Below are positions 1 to 8,047 of a DNA stretch of 64,000 nucleotides, one piece after another. The position numbers were made by a program, and so were the translations under genes. The notes beneath the pieces are model-generated. The model was not told the origin of the DNA. It saw nothing but the letters and a program-made list of their open reading frames with translations, and made no database searches. Position 1 is the first letter of the stretch. Every line of letters begins with the position of its first letter. The stretch lies in the NCBI GenBank assembly GCA_042577505.1, contig JBHPEA010000001.1, positions 23,880-87,879 of the forward strand, read 5' to 3'. Source of the stretch: Nanobdellota archaeon. Lineage in GTDB: Archaea > Nanobdellota > Nanobdellia > Woesearchaeales > JACQSR01.

Positions 1-159
1 TAAAAATGCTTTTGTTTCTAAAGTAGGATTTGTAATAGTATTTCTCATTTTGCTCAGAATAAAATGTGGTATTTATAAAGCTTTCGAACAATTAGTTACT
101 AGGAGGTAGTAAAATAATCATACACTTTCCAAACGTAAGAAAATAGAAAAAATGAAGAA

Positions 160-966
160 TTACTTCTTCAAAGGTTTCATGTCTTTCCATGCCATGTCAA
201 ATAATCCTTGTAATGCATTTGCAAAGAAAGGCGTATTAACCCAGACACCAATATCATAAGTTGGATGTACTTGAGCATCATCTAAAACCATAAACACAAG
301 CTCTTTTCCATCAACAATACAGAACCTAGCTTTTGAGTTTGTACTTCTAACTTCAGCAACTCCATTTAACTCTTGAGCAGAAGCCATATTTTCTTTTGTT
401 AATGGTGCTGCAATCTTAATCTTAACCCCTCTCTTTTTCATCTTTTCTAGGGTGGGTTTAAGACCTTCAACTTTCCTCATAAGACCTTGTGCTGTCGTCA
501 TAATTGTAATGCTGTTTTCAGCATTCTTCATTGTCAATTCAAGATGATTGTACAAATTATGTCGCCCAGTCAATGATCCACTAAGGTCAGAAGGTTCCAC
601 AAGTTCAATTCCCTGTGAATGTAGTGTATTCAATTCACCAATCACTTCTGTACTCTTTAAGTCATCTAATCTAGTAATCTTGTCTTTAGCATCCTCATGA
701 ACATTCTTTTTTACTCTTTCCACAACCTCCTGGGGTGGAACTGCAATATACTTTATTGGTTTACCTAGTTTCATTATAACGAAACCTTTCTTCTCTAATG
801 TCTCTAGAACATCATATGATCTACTTCTAGGTACATTCGCAATATCTGATAGTTCACCAGCGGTAGAAACTCCCCTAGACAGCAGTGCTGTCCATATCTT
901 AACCTCATATAGGTTCAACCCGAAATACCTTCTAAGCTTACTTAAAAACTCCTCTTTTACAATCAT
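160..966 (-). CDS. TrmB-family transcriptional regulator
   Basis: N-terminal wHTH 'GLNLYEVKIWTALL...TAGELSDIANVPRSRSYDVLETLEKKGFV' plus C-terminal effector-type domain; G-rich SD upstream. Confidence 0.9.
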   Translation of the reverse strand: MIVKEEFLSKLRRYFGLNLYEVKIWTALLSRGVSTAGELSDIANVPRSRSYDVLETLEKKGFVIMKLGKPIKYIAVPPQEVVERVKKNVHEDAKDKITRLDDLKSTEVIGELNTLHSQGIELVEPSDLSGSLTGRHNLYNHLELTMKNAENSITIMTTAQGLMRKVEGLKPTLEKMKKRGVKIKIAAPLTKENMASAQELNGVAEVRSTNSKARFCIVDGKELVFMVLDDAQVHPTYDIGVWVNTPFFANALQGLFDMAWKDMKPLKK

Positions 967-1201
967 CTTAAACCCCCCTTAGTATTGTTTAATTGGTGAA
1001 TAACGTGCTAGTAAAAACACCTTCACCCCCGTTTAGCCCTATTAGGCCATAGTAATGATCTGTATTTACTTCAAAATGATACACTGCGTAAGTAATAGAA
1101 TACAACTTATATTTAAACTTTTCCAGAATTTCCTTGTGATCACTCCTCTTTACAATTAATCCGTTTAAAAGAATTTGTATTATCGAGAAAATAATTGGTG
1201 T

Positions 1202-1272
1202 GTACGCTCCTCAGTTACTTCCGTATATCATCGCCTCTCGGCTCATCTGGTGTTCACTAAGTCATTGCGTAC
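1202..1272 (-). ncRNA. Candidate 71-nt double kink-turn RNA, copy 1
   Basis: 68/71 identical to 2994-3064; terminal stem GUACGC/GCGUAC; K-turn; GCC-GAGA-GGC hairpin; TTTATAA box ~24 bp upstream on the minus strand. Confidence 0.7.
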
Positions 1273-1355
1273 TTAGTAATGTTATGTATGTTTATTTATA
1301 AATTTTGACGATATTTATAGAAACTAATTTATAATTCAATTTAAATTTATCACAA

Positions 1356-2960
1356 ATGGCAAAAGCTAAGGGTATAGACAATGTATCAAAAATCATTTTT
1401 TTATCTGCAGCAGTTTTATTATTAATAGCTATTTGGTTTATTTCTGATTCGGATGATTCCGTAGGTAATGCATCAAGATTTAATAGAGCATATAATACAC
1501 CAAAAGCTTCGATATGGAATTCTCCTGAATGTGTCATCCAGCCAGGTGATAATACTTGTACAACTACAATCTTTTGGGAATCAGAAAATATTGACCACAA
1601 TTACATAAAGATCTATCTAAAGGAAACCGGTCAAGAGTTTCATTGTGGCCCTTCAAATTCTCCTGGCAGCATGGATGCACCTTGGATAACTGAAAATGGA
1701 TTCACCTTTCAATTGTACCCTGTGAAATCTTGTGATGAACATTATTATGGTAAACCTTTGACCTCAAGTTTAGTGTATGGAAAAAAAGCAGAGAATAAAT
1801 GCGACGTTAAAAGTATAGAAATGATTGGTGAAGGCGCGTTTCCAAGGTGGTCTTATGATGGGACTAAAATAACATTTACAAAAGAAGTAGATAATCAGTT
1901 TGAAGTTTTTATTATGGATGCAGACGGGAGCAATGCACAATGTCTTACTTGTGGCAAAGTTGCTTTAATTGGAACAAGACATAGGGGACAATCATCATGG
2001 CATCCTTCTGGAGAATACATTACATTTTCAGCTGAAACAAAAAAATATCGTAGAAAAGGGGATGGCACTACAACAAGACCCGGTTTAGGACGAAACCACG
2101 ATATTTGGATTATGAAATCAGATGGTACTAAGTTCAATAGAGTAACAGACTATGGAGATAATTGGGGGGCAATAGAACCTCACTTCTCTCATGATGGTAA
2201 AATGATTCATTGGGATGAAGAATTTATGATGGAAGAATGGCCGAACGGAAAAATTGGCGATTGTTGCGGAGAGGTATGTTGTGAGAGACACCCCTTCCTC
2301 GAAAACTGCAATCCTTTAGACTATGCTTGTGCGGATGCATTCCCTAGTCGCCATCCTGGTTGCTATTGGGGGCCCCTTACTTTTATTTATAGACAAGGCG
2401 AAGAACTTTGTACTTGGAGAATTAGATATGCAGACTTCTCAGTAGGTCCAAGAGGGTTTGCAACAATATCAAACATAAGAACGCTTCCCCCCCCATCAGG
2501 ATTTACTTTGATCGAATCAAATGGATTTACCCCGCAAAATGAGGGATTTACTGCAAGCTATGCGGATCTAGATCAATATAATGGCGATGGCAGACACGGA
2601 GATGTCTATATTCATTACAAAAATGGTATGATGAAACAGTTAACTCAAACTCCCGAGCCTGATGAAGATCCTGTTATGTCGCCAGATGGGAAATTGATTG
2701 CATGGAAATATTGCACTGAATATCCCTGTGAAGGTCCAGGTGATGATCAAGTTTACTTAATGGATTCGGACGGTAATAATATCAGGCAGTTAACATCATT
2801 TTCTCATCAAGATGACAAACAAATTACAGAAATATCTTGGAAGAGAGATGGTACTGCTTTAGCACTCGGACATGTAATCAGTGAAGAGGTAATGGGGCCC
2901 CACATACCTTCAGATATTTACATATTAACCTTCAAAGGCAATTGCGGAAATTCTAATTAA
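1356..2960 (+). CDS. Membrane-anchored TolB/PD40-like beta-propeller protein with N-terminal Cys-containing module
   Basis: N-terminal TM helix; repeated 'P.WS.DG.KI.F' and 'MDADGSN..QLT' motifs. Confidence 0.8.
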   Translation: MAKAKGIDNVSKIIFLSAAVLLLIAIWFISDSDDSVGNASRFNRAYNTPKASIWNSPECVIQPGDNTCTTTIFWESENIDHNYIKIYLKETGQEFHCGPSNSPGSMDAPWITENGFTFQLYPVKSCDEHYYGKPLTSSLVYGKKAENKCDVKSIEMIGEGAFPRWSYDGTKITFTKEVDNQFEVFIMDADGSNAQCLTCGKVALIGTRHRGQSSWHPSGEYITFSAETKKYRRKGDGTTTRPGLGRNHDIWIMKSDGTKFNRVTDYGDNWGAIEPHFSHDGKMIHWDEEFMMEEWPNGKIGDCCGEVCCERHPFLENCNPLDYACADAFPSRHPGCYWGPLTFIYRQGEELCTWRIRYADFSVGPRGFATISNIRTLPPPSGFTLIESNGFTPQNEGFTASYADLDQYNGDGRHGDVYIHYKNGMMKQLTQTPEPDEDPVMSPDGKLIAWKYCTEYPCEGPGDDQVYLMDSDGNNIRQLTSFSHQDDKQITEISWKRDGTALALGHVISEEVMGPHIPSDIYILTFKGNCGNSN

Positions 2961-2993
2961 GATAGATTAAAGAAAACATTTGTATGATAAAGT

Positions 2994-3064
2994 GTATGCT
3001 CCTCAGTTACTTCCGTATATCATCGCCTCTCGGCTCATCTGGTGTTCACTAAGTCATAGCATAC
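2994..3064 (-). ncRNA. Candidate 71-nt double kink-turn RNA, copy 2
   Basis: Terminal stem GUAUGC/GCAUAC, compensatory relative to copy 1; TTTATAA at 3087-3093 on the minus strand. Confidence 0.7.
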
Positions 3065-3146
3065 AGTGTTTTTAATTGATTTGAAGTTATAAATATTCCT
3101 ATTAGAAATGGTAAAGTTATTAAATATATAATTAAGGGAATGAAAT

Positions 3147-3581
3147 ATGGGTGTTCGTGACTGGCCTTTTTGGTCATGGGTCTATGGTTTCACACCATGG
3201 GGCAAAGAAGCTATTGAAACAGAAGGAGAAGTAATTAGAATTCACAAAGGACTTCTAAAATTAATGAGGGAAGAGAGAGAACAATTTCGAGTTATTGTTG
3301 GGATTTTGAAGGATGCAAACTTTTCAAAAAGAGTAATAGAGAATGTCGATGAGTTTATCACTGCAATTGAAGGTGAAAGGTTATTATCAAAAAGAAGAAC
3401 TATGTTGATTGAGTTAAGAGATTTTTTACTCAGTAGAAAAAATCAGGTAACTTTACTTCCAGAACATACAAGAAGAAGGTTAATGGAAGAATTCCGAATA
3501 ATTAGATCGCTAATTGAGGAACAAGCAAATTTCATACACGCATTAAATATTGATTACACAAAACTACCAAGAGTGGATTAG
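3147..3581 (+). CDS. Hypothetical helical protein
   Basis: 144-aa ORF with upstream AT-rich promoter-like sequence; no recognised motif. Confidence 0.6.
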   Translation: MGVRDWPFWSWVYGFTPWGKEAIETEGEVIRIHKGLLKLMREEREQFRVIVGILKDANFSKRVIENVDEFITAIEGERLLSKRRTMLIELRDFLLSRKNQVTLLPEHTRRRLMEEFRIIRSLIEEQANFIHALNIDYTKLPRVD

Positions 3582-3584
3582 CTT

Positions 3585-3848
3585 TTAAATAATATCTTCT
3601 TCAGCAATAACCATGAAGTCACCGATTGCAATTACTGCAGAAAAGGGAATCAACAATTTTCCATCCTTGCTTTTTTCTAAATCAAGCTTTTCACAGTAAG
3701 ATGTTGGGTTTTTCAGAACTAAATTAATCAGTTCTCCACTCCTTGTCTCGAATACAAGGTCACCTAATTCACCAAATCTTTTCCCAGCTTTACTTACTAC
3801 CGTCTTTCCCATCAGGGTTTTAGAGAACTTTTTATCGTCTTCAGCCAT
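3585..3848 (-). CDS. PRC-barrel domain protein
   Basis: 'LMGKTVVSKAGKRFGELGDLVFETRSGEL...LIPFSAVIAIGDFMVI'; GGGTAA SD-like site. Confidence 0.9.
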   Translation of the reverse strand: MAEDDKKFSKTLMGKTVVSKAGKRFGELGDLVFETRSGELINLVLKNPTSYCEKLDLEKSKDGKLLIPFSAVIAIGDFMVIAEEDII

Positions 3849-3970
3849 GATATTACCCTCACACTATGATATACTAATATACGAATAATGGGATGGGTAA
3901 TATATAAAGTTTTTGATTTGAGAAGAAAAATAGAATATATATCGGTTTAAATATATTGAAAAAAAAGAAT

Positions 3971-4885
3971 CTAGCCAGCAGTACACCGACCAACTCCAAG
4001 TCTACCACTAGCGCAAGCACAACAACCACCACAAGTACCCGATTCAAGGCAGGCATTACATTGCCAGGGAGTTGAGGGTGGATTTGATCCCGAACATACA
4101 GGATGATTATCTCCACTATACTCATTTACTGAACATCCGCCACACGGTTCATCACAAGCATCCCCAAATCCATCTCCATCAGAATCTCTTTGATTTGGAT
4201 TATAAGTTGCCACACAATTATCTACATCGTTGCACTCACCATCTCCATCAAAATCTTCGCAATCATCAGAACAAACTTGTCCTTGGAATTCACAATCACC
4301 CTTCCCGACTGCATAAACCTCCCTACAAATTCCAGGTGTCCCTCCCTGACATTCGAAATGTCTACATTTACTATCTATTCCTTTCTTACATTTAACATCT
4401 CCGGGTTCTAGAGGGCCCTGTTTTACTTTACAAAAGCCATCCTGACAAACATAATTCACTTCCAACTTTTCACAAGCATTCCTGCCTTTTGGACATCCCC
4501 ATCCAAGTCCATAAAGTTGAGAACAACTTACTTTTCGAGTCCTTATTCTATAACAAGCACCCGACTCACAAACCTGTTGAACAAACCTTTCTTTAAGTGT
4601 ATCACCATTTCTCCTACACTTATCAACTTTCGGATCTCCCATCGCATTTCCTTTTTTATCAAAAAGAATCACTGAAGAACCTTGTTTGTAATTTTCCCCA
4701 CCATCAGGTTCGTCATAACTCCAGCCTAACCGAGCTGCAACCACTGCATCCCCAACAACATCCATATTATCAGTTGCATATAAAATCACAAAGATTAGTA
4801 TTAATAGAGCACCAATAGATCCCAAGATTATTGAATTCTTATTTGTTTTTTTAATTCTCCTGGCCTTCTTAACTTTTTTTGCCAT
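3971..4885 (-). CDS. Membrane-anchored Cys-rich protein with thrombospondin type-3 (Ca-binding) repeat
   Basis: Basic N-terminus plus TM helix; 'DFDGDGECNDVDNCVATYNPNQRDSDGDGFGDACD'; GAGGTG SD before MAKK. Confidence 0.8.
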   Translation of the reverse strand: MAKKVKKARRIKKTNKNSIILGSIGALLILIFVILYATDNMDVVGDAVVAARLGWSYDEPDGGENYKQGSSVILFDKKGNAMGDPKVDKCRRNGDTLKERFVQQVCESGACYRIRTRKVSCSQLYGLGWGCPKGRNACEKLEVNYVCQDGFCKVKQGPLEPGDVKCKKGIDSKCRHFECQGGTPGICREVYAVGKGDCEFQGQVCSDDCEDFDGDGECNDVDNCVATYNPNQRDSDGDGFGDACDEPCGGCSVNEYSGDNHPVCSGSNPPSTPWQCNACLESGTCGGCCACASGRLGVGRCTAG

Positions 4886-5006
4886 AATAAGCACCTCTTT
4901 TTACTTACTCCAGGATTTTTAATATAAATATCTTTTGTAAACAGTATAATTCTTTTTTCATTAAAATTACGTGCTGTTAGGAAATCGTAATTTAAGTTGG
5001 AATGTT

Positions 5007-7043
5007 TCAACCGCAGACATTAGGCCTGTATATTGGTGCTATTCCCTTATTGATTTCATAATTTCCATCTTCAAGACTCATCATATGAAATTCTCCTGGA
5101 GGGTGTTCTTGGGGGGACCAAGTATAAAATACCCAACCATCGAAACCAAAATCACATGAATCAGTTATCCATTGACTAGCACGACTTCTCGCTTCATCTA
5201 TTGTATCACAAGTGACAAAAAAATACCCAAATTCCTGCATAAAAAGTGGTTTATCTAGTCTTCCAGTGTATCCATAATCTCTAATAACTGTTTCAAAGTC
5301 ACCTTCTTGACTGTCTGCAAAATCCTGATACATTGATAGGCTTAAAAAATCTAAATTACTATCGTAAAGGGTGGAAAGTGGCGGAATTCCAATTGTATTT
5401 GGATCAGGGAATTCATTATAATAAAAACCTAGTGTAACAAAAGCATTTTCATCAGTTTCTCTTATTACTCCTGCAATTTCATCAATAAGATATCTAAGAT
5501 TGTCTTCCATCATTCGTTCTTTTTCACCCTCAATAGACATGTCATATGTACCTGCAGCTGTAGGAACTGGTCCAGAAAGAGTAAATGGTTTTTCATTCTC
5601 ATGGAATGCTATTTCATTTTCTAAGCTGTATGCAAAGATTGCATCTAGGGGTGCATTTATCATTTTAAGATTATTTATAAAATCTCTAGTCATATCTTTT
5701 CTAGCTCGTATACATTCATCTAATAAAAAATTTGCATTATAATGGTCAATATATTCTGGATTAGAGTTCCAGTATTCTTCATAATCCCAATATTCAAAAG
5801 GTAAATAATCTCGGAACACCAGTATTGCTCCGATATCATTTTGTTTACACAATCGTAAGAAATCAGCTACATTTTCCATATATTGGGGGCCCATCCCTGG
5901 TTCACTAGTGTGAATAGAAGGGTGACCGTTTAAAAAAACTCTAATTGTGTTATAACCAAAGAATTTCATTTTTTGTAGAACTGATGACATATGATCTGAA
6001 TCATAATAGCCAACATCGAAAACAGCATGTCCCCAGTTTGGATCTCTATCCCCCCAAGGAGGTACTAACCAACCAAATTGAGGATAGTGTGAACCCCTAG
6101 GATAAAATATTTCTTGGTTGATTTGATCGTAGAAATATCCGTCATAATCTGGTGTTTGTTTGATAATAATGCCGTCTGGTCTTGATGTTGTTGCACCTAT
6201 TGTGACTTGTCCAATTGGTTCATTTCCAGATACATCTTCATCACAATCAAGAGCAGGAATAACTTTGAATGTTAGTTCATTTCGATTTATGTAATCAAAT
6301 TCTTGAGAAGTTCTTACCCAATAATCATCAGAATCTGGGTCATAAATATTTGAAAGACTACATTTCATAAGTTGTGAAGTACCAGTAATATCTTCTACAT
6401 AAACCTGCACTCTTGGTTGTGGAACATTTTCTGAGCTCCAGAATATTGTAGTGCTACAATACTCTTCACTAGGTTTTATTACACATGAAGAGGGATAAGC
6501 CCAAATATTAGCACTACCTTGTTGTTCTCCCCAAACAGTAATTGAATGAATAGCAGGTCCATGTTGAACACAATCAGGTGATGCATGAATAGAGAAAGTC
6601 AAATCTCCTGTACCTATCCAAGGGATTGAAATGCTTGGAATTACAGGGGAAGTTCTATGATTCATACCTGAGTCACTACAATTTACTATCACTCCTTCAG
6701 GTAATTGCTCATAGCTTACTTTTATTACAACATTTGGTTGTCGTAAAATTTTACTTGACACCCAACTGATAGTTGTTGTACAAGTATCACTACCAGGAGT
6801 AATGGTGCAGGGATTTGGTGTAGCCCACACAAAAGCTAACAAATTTGTATCAATCATACCATCACAATTATTGTCTATTCCATCATTTTCATCTTCAACA
6901 GCACCTGGATTGACATCTGGATTCCCTTCATCACAATCTTCTGGCGGAACAAATCCATCACCATCTCGGTCAGAAACGCAGCTTGATATTAAAATTGCAA
7001 TAATTAGCAAGATAAATGTTGAAAAATGCACCCTTTTTTTCAT
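5007..7043 (-). CDS. Putative lipoprotein: metal-binding motif + two Cys modules + clan GH-A (GH5-like) glycoside hydrolase
   Basis: Lipobox-like 'ISSC'; 'DGDGF..DCD..NPGAVE..DGIDNNCDG'; 'GYNTIRVFL', 'LENE' acid/base and 'MQEFG' nucleophile motifs. Confidence 0.75.
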   Translation of the reverse strand: MKKRVHFSTFILLIIAILISSCVSDRDGDGFVPPEDCDEGNPDVNPGAVEDENDGIDNNCDGMIDTNLLAFVWATPNPCTITPGSDTCTTTISWVSSKILRQPNVVIKVSYEQLPEGVIVNCSDSGMNHRTSPVIPSISIPWIGTGDLTFSIHASPDCVQHGPAIHSITVWGEQQGSANIWAYPSSCVIKPSEEYCSTTIFWSSENVPQPRVQVYVEDITGTSQLMKCSLSNIYDPDSDDYWVRTSQEFDYINRNELTFKVIPALDCDEDVSGNEPIGQVTIGATTSRPDGIIIKQTPDYDGYFYDQINQEIFYPRGSHYPQFGWLVPPWGDRDPNWGHAVFDVGYYDSDHMSSVLQKMKFFGYNTIRVFLNGHPSIHTSEPGMGPQYMENVADFLRLCKQNDIGAILVFRDYLPFEYWDYEEYWNSNPEYIDHYNANFLLDECIRARKDMTRDFINNLKMINAPLDAIFAYSLENEIAFHENEKPFTLSGPVPTAAGTYDMSIEGEKERMMEDNLRYLIDEIAGVIRETDENAFVTLGFYYNEFPDPNTIGIPPLSTLYDSNLDFLSLSMYQDFADSQEGDFETVIRDYGYTGRLDKPLFMQEFGYFFVTCDTIDEARSRASQWITDSCDFGFDGWVFYTWSPQEHPPGEFHMMSLEDGNYEINKGIAPIYRPNVCG

Positions 7044-7113
7044 GTTGTGAATTTTCCAATAGAAGTATATATAATTTTCCTTTAAACGACGAAAAAATGT
7101 ATACAATTTAGTT

Positions 7114-7956
7114 TTAATTTAGATCTGCACAAAGATCTTTAAGGTAAGATTCGTTGTAACATCGTTCTCTTAATCCACAACTCTTACACTTAGAAGAAGA
7201 TTTCAATATTGGTGGTAAATCTTTACTCTTTTTCAGATCATTTACTTTCAAAATTAAATCTTTAATCTCATCCCTTAAAAAAACATTAAATGCAATCTTC
7301 CTTCTATCATTAATATCAAGATATGTAATGTACCCTTCTTCAACTGGATGACCGAATTTCTCCTCCATTAATAAACCATAAGTTCCAATCTGTATTTTAT
7401 GCCCTGGCCAAACACCACTCAATGGAGCACTTCCAGTTTTCAACTCAACAGGGATTTTCTTATCGTGATAAACTTCAATTTGATCAATAATCCCACGAAC
7501 ACCCAATGTCTTTGAACTAACACTTAACTCAGAAAGAATTTTTGGAGTTAATTTCTCCCAAAGTTCATCCCCAAATATCTTCTCTTTCTTAATAAAATTG
7601 TAAATATTCAAGGCCCTTTGTCTACTCTCAAACATTATATAATGTAAATTCTGAGTAAAAACCTGATCATTAGTAAGATTTACACTGAGAATCCTATTTT
7701 CATTATTACCAACAACCTCTCTTAGTATTTTCAAATGAACTTTCTTATAAATAGTTTGTATATCTGAAAAAAAACCAGTTGGTTTAAGGGATTTTACAAC
7801 ATTTTCCTCAATTTTATTTATCCCATCATAACACGCATGTCGAACAGTCCCCAATACAAGCGCTTCTTTCGGAGGCTCCTCTAATTTCAATACATATTGT
7901 AAATACAACTTACGTGGACAATATAAATACCCAGAAAGTTGTGAAACCGAAATCAT
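7114..7956 (-). CDS. cas4: Solo Cas4-family Fe-S nuclease
   Basis: 'YLYCPR', 'GIIDQIE', 'VELKTG', 'QIGTY', C-terminal 'KCKSCGLRERC'; no other cas genes or array nearby. Confidence 0.85.
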   Translation of the reverse strand: MISVSQLSGYLYCPRKLYLQYVLKLEEPPKEALVLGTVRHACYDGINKIEENVVKSLKPTGFFSDIQTIYKKVHLKILREVVGNNENRILSVNLTNDQVFTQNLHYIMFESRQRALNIYNFIKKEKIFGDELWEKLTPKILSELSVSSKTLGVRGIIDQIEVYHDKKIPVELKTGSAPLSGVWPGHKIQIGTYGLLMEEKFGHPVEEGYITYLDINDRRKIAFNVFLRDEIKDLILKVNDLKKSKDLPPILKSSSKCKSCGLRERCYNESYLKDLCADLN

Positions 7957-8047
7957 AAATTTAGAATGTTTTTTGGATTTATATGGTTTGCGTCCAGATG
8001 ACCAGTGGTTTTATTCTACTTTTATTGCAATTTGGTCAATGACACGT

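Noticed and set aside
1202-1272. Hammerhead ribozyme reading of the repeat (CAGAUGA-GCC-GAGA-GGC-GAU)
   Set aside because: The core deviates from CUGANGA and GAAA, and no stems I/III with an NUH site are apparent; the K-turn model explains the sequence better
1202-3064. CRISPR array, tRNA or 5S rRNA interpretation of the 71-bp repeats
   Set aside because: Only two copies, 1.7 kb apart; no spacers, no cloverleaf or T-loop, and too short for 5S
4072-4818. His/Leu-rich plus-strand ORFs
   Set aside because: Antisense shadows of the Cys/Asp/Gly-rich gene at 3971-4885
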